Shown here: piece after piece, positions 40,310-52,200 of the stretch
Layout: each line of letters starts with the position of its first letter
Position numbering within the stretch: the first letter of the stretch is position 1
Source: Squalus acanthias
Lineage: Eukaryota
Direction: 5' to 3'
DNA length: 64,000 bases
Assembly (NCBI GenBank): GCA_030390025.1
Contig: CM059432.1
Span: 101,124,001-101,188,000, forward strand
Made by a program: the position numbers and the translations under genes
Notes under the pieces: generated by a model
Databases searched by the model: none
Told to the model about the DNA's origin: nothing
The model's input: only the letters and a program-made list of their open reading frames with translations

Positions 40310-40570
40310 ATCAGCTAACTATTATAGTGCCTTTAATGTAGTAAAACATCTCAAGGCGTTTCACAGGAGAGTTATCAGATCAAATTTTACACCGCGCCAC
40401 ATTAGGACAGGTGACTAAAAGATTAGTCAAAGACGTAGATTTTAAGGAGCATCTTAAAGGAGGAGAGAGGTAGCGAGGCGGAGAGATTTAGGGAAGAAAT
40501 TACAGTGCTTAGAGTCTAGGCAGCTGAAGGCATGGCCACCAATGGTAGAGCAATTAAAATCGAGGATGCG
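40310..40570 (-). mobile_element. L2 3' fragment
   Basis: Similar to 7235-7490 (gcctttaa...ttcacagga...ttttaaggagc.tcttaaaggagg...ggcagctgaagg). Confidence 0.75.
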
Positions 40571-41269
40571 CATAAATCCTTTAGTGACAAAGACAGCCCC
40601 ACCTCTTTCCTCCTCCCCAACCCTTTCTCAAAGGACATGTGTGCCCAGACGAGGCCGATCCGTCCGTCAAAGAAGCATTGGGCCATGAATATAAAGCTCC
40701 CAGTCTGAGGTACCAGGAAAATCGTGAGAACACCTTCAGCTATTTTATTAACGCGGACTAAAGATACTGAAGGAGAGTCACACCGGATCTCAATTATTAT
40801 GGCCTTTGCCCTTAAATTTTTTTAAATTCTTTTAAAAAGCCGCTTTATGCTAATTGTTATAAAAAGGTAATAGACGGCGTCAGTGTATGTAAAAGAGTTA
40901 AAATCGCTGGGTTCAAATGACCAGGCAAAGTCAGTCATTCAGCAGTCTCTATTTTGTTTTCAGATTCTACCCGAGTCGTTACACGTTCCTGCGTCAATGA
41001 AGCAAAAGAGCCCATCACTCGAGATTAAAAGCCTTTTGCTGAATACCAACATGGGTGTTCCTTTTGCGTCAGTAATTACACGAATAATGAGTTGCAAACC
41101 AGCATTTTAAGGTTTTCCTCTATCAGAAGATATCCAGAAGTGTTTCTAAAACATTTCCCAAACCTGGACGAAAGCTGAATCACCCGAGTGTCAGTGAGCC
41201 ATGTGTAGGGGGAGGGTGTGGAGTCACCAGGATATCAACATTCACAATAATCCAATCTTCTCACTCACT

Positions 41270-41370
41270 GAGTTCTGACGAAAGGTCATCGACCTGAAAC
41301 GTTAACTCTGTTTCTCTCTCCACAGATGCTGACTTGACCTGCTGAGTATTTCCAGCATTTTCTGTTTTTA
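41270..41370 (+). mobile_element. ~100-bp solo Penelope-type element starting with an intact minimal hammerhead ribozyme (41270-41308)
   Basis: gagtt-ctgacga-a-aggtc-atc-gacct-gaaa-cg-tt-aactc. Flanked by cttctcactcact (41257-41269) and cttctctctcact (41371-41383), a 12/13 TSD. Confidence 0.8.
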
Positions 41371-42299
41371 CTTCTCTCTCACTTTATGCGTCTGGACCAG
41401 TCATCTCTAAACCACTCTTTACAATGTTGTCTCACATTATCGTTTAACGCCCTTAAAACACTTAAATATTTACTGACTTCAACCTCCACGGTGCTCAGAC
41501 TCATCCATTTGTCGCTATAGAAATGCAAATACGCTACACAAGCCAGGGGAGGTGATTCACCAGTGCTAGATCGGCGCAGGTTCGTGGCCGCTGTTTCTGC
41601 AAATTGTTGCAGCTCCCTAAGAGATATAGGTCGCCTCCGCTCAAATCATGCCAAAGTCTCTTTCTTTCCTAGCCTCCCCCTCCCCCATGCCACGCGGTGT
41701 GCGCGCGCTCTCTATTGACGGCGCTCTTTTCAAACACGCAAGTGGCTTCCAACCGACGCAGGACGGCTCTGCACGAGGGGAAAGGAAGGCTCAGACGACG
41801 CCGGACTAACTCACGGATTTTCCTACCCCCAACTCAGGTTATAATCCTCCAGAAGAGACGTTATAACTTCTACTATTTTATTTAATAGTTAAAAGCGGCC
41901 AGTCGTTTATGAACTTTGAAGCTACTGGCGCTGGATCAAAAACACCTTACCTACATACTACTTCTCTAAAATTAATTCACGTGTCAAATGGTGTCCAACA
42001 TTAAGAACTTGAATTGTATAGCTGAGACTATTCCACTCGTCTCAATATACAGGGGAGACTTCTGATGTTTATGCCATAATCTGTAATCTGGTGGAACAGA
42101 TTGCCCATCTACTGTAGACCCAGTATGATTTTCAGCCCATTATTTTCAATGGGATGAAAATCAGGCTGGTTCTACAACAGGCATGCAATCGACTCTGACA
42201 CATTACCACTCAGGCTGTGAAGGTGAAAATGACTCCCACTGGGTTTCTTATTGAGAATTCCCCAGTGTCACTGGTTTTTGGAAGAGGATAGGAGGAACA

Positions 42300-43200
42300 A
42301 TGGAGGGAACCAAGGCACAGGGTATCCAGCCATGGGCACCCGCTAAACCACAATATACAGGAGGAGGTGCTACTACCTCCACTTATCTCAGAAACAATGC
42401 TTCCAGAGGCTTTGTTTACAAAGGAAGCTGTCACTGAGTAATGCAGCATGCTGCTACCTGATCTAGAGCCTAATTCTATCACAGGCCAGTGGCTGTGAAG
42501 GTCACAATTACACTGAATATTTATGCAATGGGGTCATACCAGGATGCTGATGGGGTCATCAGCTGTGCACTCATACAATCAATAAGCAACCTATGGAGGC
42601 TTCATTTGCTAGATTCAGCAATTTGACCTCTTTCCCCATGGACATACATGAGAAGGCAACGCATTTTTATTGCATGGTAGGATTCCCAAAGACGTCATAG
42701 ATTGTATACACATTGTCATACATGTTACCGTGACCAGTGTCATGTTACCTATGTCAACAGCAAAAAGTCCACTCTCTCAATGTGCAACTCATTTGTGGTC
42801 AGCAGCTCTGCATCATGCAAGTGAATGCTTGCTTCCCTGGCAGCTGCTACAATGCATTCATTTTAAGGCAATCAGGAGTGTCAGCATTCTTCCACCCTGA
42901 AAGGAAATTCTCAAGGCGGTCCTGGAATATGACAATGAATATGCTATCCTCTGCTGCCATGCCTGATGACCTATGCAGCATCCCGGGACTTGAGCTTAGC
43001 ATTGTTACATTGAGGTTCATGCAGGTAATCAAAGTTGTAATTGAGCACACTTTTGGCATGTTGAAGGCACACTGCAGATGCCTAGATTGATCTGGGGCAC
43101 CCTGTAATATATTCCAACTAGGCTTTCAAACATCATGATTATGTGCTGCCTGCTACACAATGTTGCTTTATAAGAAAAAACCTGATCATGGAGGCCCCAG
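42300..43200 (+). pseudogene. Harbinger/PIF (HARBI1-like DDE) transposase remnant
   Basis: Fragments IPKDVIDCIHI, HSLNVQLICG...VNACFPGSCYNAFILRQS and VIEHTFGMLKAHCRCLD match PIF/Harbinger transposase motifs. Multiple frameshifts. Confidence 0.8.
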
Positions 43201-44216
43201 AGGAGAAACGCACACAAGGGCAGCAGTGGGACCAGCCTGAAGAACATGCAGAGAAAAATCCAGTGCTAGTTGCAAGAGACAATCATACTACTGCCATATA
43301 GGAGGCTTTCTCTTGACTTGCACATCTGGCCGCATCTTTCCTTTTCCCTCCAAAAAAACCCATCACATGCAGCCTCTTCTCTGTGCTCAAACTCTCACTA
43401 ACCTCCCAATCCTGCCTTTTAATGAAAGCAGCTTCGACATCTTTCCATAGACAAAGTTTCCTCACACAGCTTTATTGTCATCATAATGTTATTGTCAACC
43501 TATACATTATATAAGTGTTCCTTCTTACCATCGTGCTATGCTGTGATGCCTGTGAATGAGGTATTAACTCTTCACCCCAGTCTTCTCCTAGGTGTTACCT
43601 GGATGGCAGGTGTACATTAGATCAGTGGTTTCCAACCTGTGGTCCGCGAAAAAATGGTCCAAACCCCTAAAATAAACGTGTCTTGTCTCCACAGATGTTG
43701 AATGACCCGCCGTGTGGTTCCAGTGTTTTTATTGCTGTTTAAAGCTGGGTTTTGGGGATGAGCTGATGGAAGGGAAAACCTGCCGTGGATGGAGGGCGGG
43801 TTGGTTTTCTGGATGGAGCAAATCAACTGGGCCGAAAAATCAGCTCCAGACAAATTCACCAAAATATTTCCCACCTCACTACCACACAACGGCAAGTACT
43901 GCTCCACTCTATCATATAAACCCAACCAGTGCCCCCTCAATTCAACAATCTTCACCAGTGTCCCTCTATTATACAACCTCAGGTGTGCATGTACGGAGTG
44001 CGGGTCTTTGACAGTGGATTTTATACAACAGCAGCCACCAGTCCTCTTGTGTCACACTAAGTAAAACTAGATGTCATAAATATAAGATCCTCAATAATAA
44101 ATCCAGTAGGGAATTCAGGAAGAACTTGTTTATGCAAAGAGTGGTTGGAATGTGGAACGCGATACCACAGGTACCAGATATCAGTGAGGGGAGCAGAGAA
44201 ATTTCAGCCGGGAGTG

Positions 44217-44290
44217 GGCTCCGTGGCTTAGCTCGTCAAAGCGCCTGACTAGTATACAGGAGAATCTGGGTTCGATTCCCAGTGGGGCAT
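44217..44290 (+). tRNA. tRNA-Thr(AGT) gene copy, full length, probably a pseudogene
   Basis: GGCTCCGTGGCTTAGCTCGTCAAAGCGCCTGACTAGTATACAGGAGAATCTGGGTTCGATTCCCAGTGGGGCAT followed by TTTT. Close to vertebrate Thr-AGT, but with G18C, an anticodon-stem mismatch and a 1:72 mismatch. Confidence 0.85.
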
Positions 44291-45414
44291 TTTTAAAGAA
44301 CAAAATATTCTCTTATGATCCCACAGAGGTTAGTTGCTTCTCGTTTGAAAGTGCTGAAATCCTTTGGGATGGGAACGGACAAAGGCTCATCACACGCACA
44401 TCACAAATATATATTAAAGTCTGACTGTCATTCGGCCAACATGCTAACATTTCCTCCAGTCTGCAACAGAAAGTTATCGGTTTATTAATGGCGATTAAAA
44501 CAATTATTCATCGTGATACTACCTTTTATTATATGTTCGTGTAATTGATTTAATAAACTGCACAACTGTTTTATAAAAATCAGACCGGAAATCAAACCCG
44601 TGCTCTGGTTGCACCGAATTCCAACCCCTGGCCCACCAAGTAACGCTGCACCCAGCAGCTGTGAGAGCTGTAAATATACTGGGTGCATTCCCGCTAGATA
44701 CAAATGTATTCCTGACTTGTGTTCGATGTAAATGTTTATTATCTCTGCAAGTTACAAGTGTCTGTAGATATATCTGAATTAATTATTCATTTATTGGGAC
44801 GCATCTGTTTAATTGTGAATTGAGGCAGTGCATTTCAGATCCCAACAACTCGCAGTGTAAAAAAAAATGGTTCCTAACGTCGCCTCAGATTCTTCTGCCA
44901 ATCACCTTCAATCTGTGTCCTCTGGTCACCAATTCTTTAACCACTGGAAAAATGTTTCTCCTCATTTACGATATCAAACCCGTTCATGAATTTAAACACC
45001 TCTGTCAAAACCTCTGCTCTGAGGAGAACAACCCCAGCTTCTCCAGTCCCCCACATTCTGAAGTCCCTCATCCCTGGTACCATTCCAGTAAATCACTTCT
45101 GTTCATTTCTTCCTTCTAATAAATAACTATAGTGAAAAAAAGCACGAACAGAATAAAAAAAGAGAGAAATAAATACTGAGCAAAATGGATGTGAATATTT
45201 AAGAACATAAGAACACAAGAAATAGGAGCAGGAGTAGGCCATTCGGCCCTTCGAGCCTGCTCCGCCATTCAATGAGATCATGGCTGATCTTAGAAGGTGA
45301 AATAACAGAAGATCTGGGTTTTATGATCGGTCAGTGAGAGGAATCCATCTTTCAATCGGGCTTTGGCCGTTCGATTTACTGATAAAGACAGACAGAGAGA
45401 ACTGCTGCAGACAG

Positions 45415-45449
45415 GACCGGCTAGCTCAGTCGGTAGAACACGTTGGGCG
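45415..45449 (+). pseudogene. tRNA-Lys(CTT) relic with internal deletion
   Basis: GACCGGCTAGCTCAGTCGGTAGAACA joined directly to CGTTGGGCG (the 5' and 3' ends of vertebrate Lys-CTT), followed by a T-run. Confidence 0.8.
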
Positions 45450-45939
45450 GTTATTTTTACTGCTGATTTTACAGGCGATCCCCAGCTCTGAATTCCGCAG
45501 CAGAGAGTCCAAGGATTGCTTGATGTAAATGAGATTCAACAACAATATCAGAAAATCTCTCCATGATTCTGGACTCTTATCTCACTCTCGTTGAACCTCA
45601 CATCATTTCACCTACAGCTCGGCGTCAGTGCAGCTCAGTGGAACTTCCGGCCAGTCTCACCCTTCACAACGCATCAGTGCCAGGAAAACAAAGGGGAATT
45701 TTACACACATGTTGTGCTCTGTAACTTCTTATAAAAACTTCAGTATACTTCACTCTGTGTCCAACCCTGTGAGGTCTCCCCTGGAGTGTCAGCTTTAGAT
45801 GTTTATAAACACGTCAGCAGAACATTAACATAACCTGAGCTCCGAGATCTGTTCGGGTCCCATTCCCCCGAAGTCATTAATGAGCAGGAGGGATTAGAGT
45901 TTCTTTAAAAGAATGACACGAAAATCACTTTGATGTGAG

Positions 45940-45967
45940 GCCGAAATAGCTCAGTTGGGATTCGGCA
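45940..45967 (+). pseudogene. tRNA-Phe(GAA) relic with internal deletion
   Basis: GCCGAAATAGCTCAGTTGGGA (first 21 nt of vertebrate Phe-GAA) joined to TTCGGCA (its last 7 nt), then gctttt. Confidence 0.8.
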
Positions 45968-46474
45968 GCTTTTAGATATTTTGTGTCTCTTTCTTTGGGT
46001 CCTTTTCTCGAGCTTACCAATTTAAACTGAAGTCTTTTATCTGCCTCTAAAGGGTTGGGTTTGAATAGAGAGAGTCTTCAAGGATGGAAACTATTTCTAT
46101 TGGCTGTATTTAACTTTTATTTCTCTGTCTCCTTCTGCCCCTTTCTCTGGTTTTTGTCTCTCTCGGTGCCGGGTGAACATTTGATTTGATGCATTTGTCC
46201 TAAACTGATGCCTTTTACACATCTCGGGGCGGTCAGACACGCTCTGTCTGTCTGTTACTGCTTGTGACCATTAACGGGAACAGGCCGCGAGTTAAACGTT
46301 TATCAGCAAACCGAAGAAAATCAAATAAACAGAAAGATGTTTTGCTCTGCCCAGTGCAAAGGTGAAATGGATGTTATTGAAAATAATTTCCCCCTGACAG
46401 TTTGTGTAGATTTTTTGTAAAGTCTGGATTTTCAATGTCAGGAGAAACCAAAAAAGTAAGAAATAAACTGCTGA

Positions 46475-46548
46475 TGACCCGTACAGGGATTAAACCCGTG
46501 CCCTTAGCGATATTTGCACCACGCTCTAAACAACTGTGATAAAAGCTG
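46475..46548 (-). pseudogene. tRNA-Ile(AAT) decayed copy
   Basis: tgacccgtacagggattaaacccgtgcccttagcgatatttgcaccacgctctaaacaactg aligns to the reverse complement of vertebrate Ile-AAT with scattered substitutions. Confidence 0.75.
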
Positions 46549-46577
46549 TCCGGATTGTTCGAGCCCCACGCTGGGCG
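46548..46577 (+). pseudogene. Second tRNA-Lys relic with internal deletion
   Basis: GTCCGGAT (5' end-like) joined to GTTCGAGCCCCACGCTGGGCG (T arm and 3' end of Lys-CTT). Confidence 0.7.
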
Positions 46578-48599
46578 GTTTGTGTTTTACTTCTCACACT
46601 GGGTCACGGAGTTATTGTACAGACAATGAACACACCACATCCCTTAAACATTATTCCAATATAAAATAATCACTGTTCGATAAAAACCGAGTATGTAAAT
46701 CGAAAGTAACAGAAAAAGAGCACTTAATTGTGAAAAGAATGATTGCACCAACAGTGAAGGGGAATCTGCCGGCCTCCGCCATTCTAATGCTGTCACTGTG
46801 GGAGTTTGGTTCGGGCAGAGGTTTGACTGTGACGACACGAACACACCCCTCCCCCACCCCCCACCCCGCACCATCCATGTTAAACCTGAAAAGTGTCTGG
46901 CAAAAATTCGGAACAGGCAGGGAGGAAGTAACCCTTCGGAGAGGTTTGTGTTTCTGAATCCCTAACTCTTCTGGCTCTTTTTGACATGTCCCCATTCAAT
47001 GTACAGACCCTCTCCTCAGTCTGCCCCTCGAGACCTGTCACCTCACATTTCTCTCCAGCTAATTTCAAAACATGTTTTACACACCCCTCCAGGATTGTCC
47101 TGGAGTCCCCAATACTGTGTCAATTGTAGCACTTTCTGAAATACTACCCATGTCATGTGTTGGTCAAGAGAGACAGAAGGGAATTAGGCAGACCAAGCGT
47201 CGCTGAGTCTTTGCTGTAGTGAAACAGGGGTTCGTTTCATGAAACAGTGCTACAGCTTTCGGAATAGAGGGAGCTTATAGAGACCTGATGGGTTCCACCG
47301 AAACAAAAGGGTTTGAGGTGTTGGCAGGCAAGACAGATAGAATGTGGGGAGTGATTAAACTAGATGTGGAGGTTGTTGCTGTTGTTGTTCTATGGAGTTC
47401 CTTCAAGGAGGTGATTCTGAATGCAATGCATCAATGTGTACCCATGCAAAGCAAAGGTACTGAGCATCGTTACAGTCCAGCCTGGTTCAACGGAACTAAC
47501 AAACAATTCATCCAGAAGAGAAAAAGGGATTTAAGACCATGACGGTAAATGGCACAGAATTCAGGCGGCTTCAAAACCAGAAGGCAAGACAAGAGTGTAA
47601 AAACTGCAACAGAATGGCGAAGAACAACTTCACATTGAACATGGCAAGTGAAGAGAAGGGTTATAATACTGCCAGAGGTAAGTTGTGACATTATTCACAA
47701 AATGTTTTAAACGGCTTGCTTAAGTTGTGGTCCGCAAAAGCTTTTGATGACGATGTAGTGGTCCACATAAAGGAAAAGGTTGGGAACCGCTGCATTAGAT
47801 GATTGGTTGCTGTGTGTTAATACGAGTCTCTTAGGACAGAGATGGCCTTCGTGTCGTAGCAGCTAAGTGGACCTGCTGCAGGGTATATCTCTCATGCTAC
47901 TACATGAGCAAACTGGCCCTGCTTCCTTTTTGCTGCATGTACAGGCACCAGAGGGATCCGCTAGGAGTGCATGCTTGTGCTGCTGCCCTGAGAGGCAGCA
48001 CCATCTAAGTGCAATCTTGCCATTACACGAGTACTGGGCACTGGCTCATCATAGCCCTGAGCTGCAGCTCCAAGGCTGTTAAACTGTACTCCAATGTCCT
48101 ACGCAGGCTGTTAATACAAACTGCCATCAGCTGTGCACTTGCTTTATACAACCCTCTCGATGCCTGTACCAACATTTCTTAAATGCAAGACATGAGAGTC
48201 GCTGATCTCTAGACACTTTCCAACCTACTAGGTAGCAGTGTCCTCCTTCTCATGTGCCATCAACAGCTGCTACTGTTCATTTGTTCTCTCTATGTCACCC
48301 AGTGCACTATCCTCTGCCTCACTCTCTAACTGCCCTGGGATGGATGTGTCCAAGTTGGTACTTGGGAGGGATAGAGTGAGTGACTATGAATATTGCAAAG
48401 TGCCAGCATCACTAGATGCTAAGGGGCCTGATTCTTCCTGTTGCTGAGGTACGTCTGGAGGAACAAAAGAGGAAGAGGGAGTAAAATGGTTTCCTAAGGA
48501 GGGTCACTTTCAGCAGAAGTAATGATATGACAGTTGCATGATATGATGTACTGACAATTAATGCAGTAAACAATAGGAAGACCTGGCACATGCCCTCCA

Positions 48600-49232
48600 A
48601 CTTCCCCATCTGACACCCTTGAAGGAGACCCTCCCCAAGATTTGCAAGGCTTCCTCTTCATAGGGACTGCCACCTGTTGCTAATTTCTTCCGAGTGTTAT
48701 GGACTATATTTTCCTCTAAAAATAGTTTTGCTGGCAGGTTTGATGGTAGGTGGATGCAACAAGCAATTTTGATCCATGTGTGGCTTTTTGTAGGTTGAAT
48801 GCATGTAAGGATATGTGATGGAGCACTTCCAGGTATAGGTTGAGGGTGGAAAGGGCAATGTGCTACTTCATGGGCATTGATGGAAAGTAATTCAAACACT
48901 TTAATGCAGTATGAGGGGGAGGGCATAGCAGGTGTCAAAGATGCTTAGCACAGCATATTATTGGAAGATATGGCTGACTCCTCTTACCTTGCCCAACCTG
49001 ATAAGGTTATTAAACATTTTACAGCATTGCTTGGCCATACATGGAGTGATTGAATTGGCACTCATTGTCTGGCCACCTTCTTCTACTGGCCTTGAGCAGT
49101 TCTCCTTGGGGTCCTCCATCTATTTGTTCCAAATAGGGATTCTTTCCTTGGCTAAACCTCCTGCAGCAGCATTTCAGCATCCAAGTCCATAAAATGGGGG
49201 CCTCTGTGCACTACAGCAGAGCTCTCTGACAT
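48600..49232 (-). pseudogene. Harbinger Myb/SANT DNA-binding gene remnant, convergent with the transposase at 42.3-43.2 kb
   Basis: Minus strand RGPHFMDLDAEMLLQEV*...KQCCKMFNNLIRLGK|gtaag (donor at 48987), with a downstream segment IVHNTRKKLATGGSP. This is the pattern of the second Harbinger gene. Confidence 0.65.
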
Positions 49233-49490
49233 TTGAATGATATTAAATGGATTTGTTACAGCTAAAATGATGCTGATGATGACTTGTCTCTTAAGTTGCT
49301 GCAGGCTTTTAAATCTTGCAGCAGTACACTTTTCCCCACCTTCCAATGAGCAAGCTTACAATCATAGACAACTCCAATGCCAATGTATAATAATCACCAT
49401 AATTATTCAAATGAGCCTGAAATTATGGTAGGACCAGTGAGTGGGTCATCATTCCTGCAATGCAACACTTCCAATAAGCTTTACTACCTC

Positions 49491-49590
49491 CAGTTCTGAC
49501 GCAGGGTCATCGACCTGAAACATTAATGTTTCTCTCTCCATGATGCTGCCTGACCTGCTGAGTGTTTCCAGCATTTTCTGTTGTTATTTT
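49491..49590 (+). mobile_element. ~100-bp solo Penelope-type element with a degenerate hammerhead
   Basis: Same family as 41270-41370. TSD taagctttactacctc (49475-49490) and taagctttactacttc (49591-49606), 15/16 identical. Confidence 0.8.
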
Positions 49591-51069
49591 TAAGCTTTAC
49601 TACTTCACTGGATTTGAGTCAAAATGGGCCCAAAATATGATTGGATCAAACACAGTTCAAGTCAGATTGTTAGAGTAAATGTTGCAAGGCTCCACTGGAG
49701 AATCAGGCACACTGACCTTCCTGCCTGATTTATCCATCTGCACTCCCATTAAGTAAGGTTCTATTATTTATTTGCTTTGTTTAAGTGACAGAATCCATAG
49801 TTTTCTCGAATCTTAGACAAGTTTTCAGTTTTCAATAGATGAGTAAATAATAATTGTGGGAATTCAGTTTTATTCGAGATTTAGCTTTGTTGATCCAAAT
49901 TTCAAGTATTCTCAAAGCCAAGCTCAAATCTACAAACATAAGCCAAGTAACATTGACACACTCCCACAATGCATCGCAAGGCCGATATGTTCTTACTTAC
50001 CTCTATTTTGCTTGGGATTAAATTTGGATTCTCCACAGAGAGACTAATCAGCCTGGCTACTCCAGTAAGGACAATGAGCACTCAGAGATCGAATACCTCT
50101 TCTCCACTAATCAATAGAAATTGCATCTTCTCCTAAATTCAGCAGCTAATTTACAACTCACTCCCACAACTCTTCTTTTAAATATACCTTTGCTGTGACA
50201 GCAGTCAGAAACAATTGTCACTTCATGATGACAGTAATTAAATTTACAATGGGATAAAAGGAATTCACATACAATGGAACAACTTGTATCTTTACACTTA
50301 CATGCTGACACTGTTTTAAAGGGAGCTTGAAACCCAAATGAACCAAATTTGGCAAAATATTAATATTTCATAATTATTCTGAAATTGTTTAATTTAGATC
50401 ACAGGTTTTCAATCTTGGCCTTTATACCCAACAAATACTGATCATACTTGTTCAGATGGACAACTGTGATAGATGAACTTTAATCACTGTTGATTGAATC
50501 CAACCAATTAACTCAACTGTGTAGGTGTCTGTTCAACAAAAATGCTGCAATACTGATCAATCTGCTTGTTGGACTGATAGACAGCCTTGTGCAGTGTTTG
50601 GAGTTTGTTTCCATCTGTCTTATATTTAATGGCATAATAAAACATATGCTGATTAAATCACTTCCTGTCTGCTTTATCTCAGTCTGTGGGGAAACATTGA
50701 ATAGATGTTCAAATATATAACCTTTTAATTACTTTGCCAACCAGTACTTGAAAATTCCGTGAGGATTCTCCGGCAAGAGACCAGTGGATGTGTCCAGGAA
50801 ATGGTATAAAGGGGTTTGCCATCAATCTTCGCACAGAAGTTACAGTGGGAGTCTGGGAGAACCCCAGGGAGTTTCAGTGGCCAAATATTTATTCAGTTCT
50901 TCTTTGAAGAACTATTACTACACCATCAATTGCAACCTCTGGTAGTCTGTTCCACCTATCTATTAACTTGCAGGAAAAAGTCTAGGCTAAGGTTCTTTAA
51001 TTTTGAACCTGTCTCCTCTGGTTCTACACTCACACCCCAAGTCACACAGCCTGCTTACATCCACATAAT

Positions 51070-51820
51070 GGGCCTGAATTTGCGGTCCGAGGCTTTCTGC
51101 TGGCGAATGCCTCTGAACCGCAAGAAAAGTACGAACCTACCTGGTGGTCGCGGAGGTTCGAACACTTGCACTCCTGGGCCTCTACACGTACGCATGCGTA
51201 AAAGCCCTAGTATTGCAGGGGCACCCCTGGGATCATGTGGGCCGGCCCAACCAATCAAAAAGGGGGATCCCCATTATGCTTATGGGGATTCTTTTACATA
51301 CGGAATCCCCATAAGCATGAATAGGAATCCCCTAAAAAACACAATTAAACACCAGTTAAATAAAAATAAATCATTACATCTTCAAAATTAATTAAAATAC
51401 AATTTAATTAAACTTTTAAAACAAAAATTTTAATTTTGAAAAATAAATTTAAATGTTTTAAAGGGGCTAAAAATAACCTAAACTAGTTTTTAAAGGTTTT
51501 TTTATGTTTAAATAATTTTTTTAAATTATTTTAATATTTATTTAAACTCTTACGCTGGTAAAAGAAGGCCTTACACCTGCTTTTACCAGGCATAAGAGTT
51601 TCACGGGCATTCGCTGGGCAGTAGTTGGACAAATAGCCCAACTCTCCGCCAGTGAATGGCCATTTCCCGGGGATGCGGTGGATCTGTCGAGCCGAAACTT
51701 GACAGATCGCAAGTTCCGGGTTTTCACGCATGTGCAGCGCACGTGGAAACCCGGAACTTACGGGCATTACGGCTGCATACGCACCGCGTGCCCGGTCAAA
51801 GGCCCCGGAAAATCCGGACC
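51070..51820. mobile_element. Harbinger-type MITE with an internal hairpin and AT-rich core
   Basis: Imperfect TIRs gggcctgaattt / aaaatccggacc and a 3-bp TSD aat. Internal 16-bp perfect inverted repeat at 51276-51291 and 51303-51318. Confidence 0.6.
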
Positions 51821-51954
51821 AATATACCTCTCAGCAGTCTAAACACCTGCATTCTACTTATGGGGGTAAAATAAAATATTGTCCGCAGTGCAAAACATTC
51901 AGTAGCAGCCCACATTATGCACCCCACACAATTTTCTTTTCCATTCATTTTATG

Positions 51955-52200
51955 AATCTCCACAGCTTTGAGCTTAATTAGTAATATTTTGTGTGAAACA
52001 TTATCAAGTGCCTTTTGGAAATCTAAGTACACAATGTCATAGGCTTTACCACAGTAGACTTGGGTTCTCACTTCCTCAATGAAAGCAAGGAGGTTGGTCA
52101 GGCAGAATCTTCCCCATCCAAAGCTATGTTGACCGCTGTTTATTAGGTTATTGTTGTACAGATAATCCTGAAATTTACCCCCGATAATCAATTCCATTAT
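51955..52200 (-). mobile_element. CR1 RT fragment
   Basis: QHSFGWGRFCLTNLL...YLDFQKALDNVSH in ORF 51796-52257. Confidence 0.75.

Larger units (their letters stand above)
43623..47792. mobile_element. 4.17-kb non-autonomous hAT (Charlie-like) DNA transposon carrying tRNA-gene relics
   Basis: TIRs cagtggtttccaacct (43623) and aggttgggaaccgctg (ends 47792), subterminal gtggtcc(gc) repeats at both ends, and a perfect 8-bp TSD cattagat at 43615-43622 and 47793-47800. Confidence 0.88.

Noticed and set aside
47540..47640. Possible hAT transposase C-terminus (...TTSH*) near the right TIR
   Set aside because: Too short and degenerate to call without a profile search.
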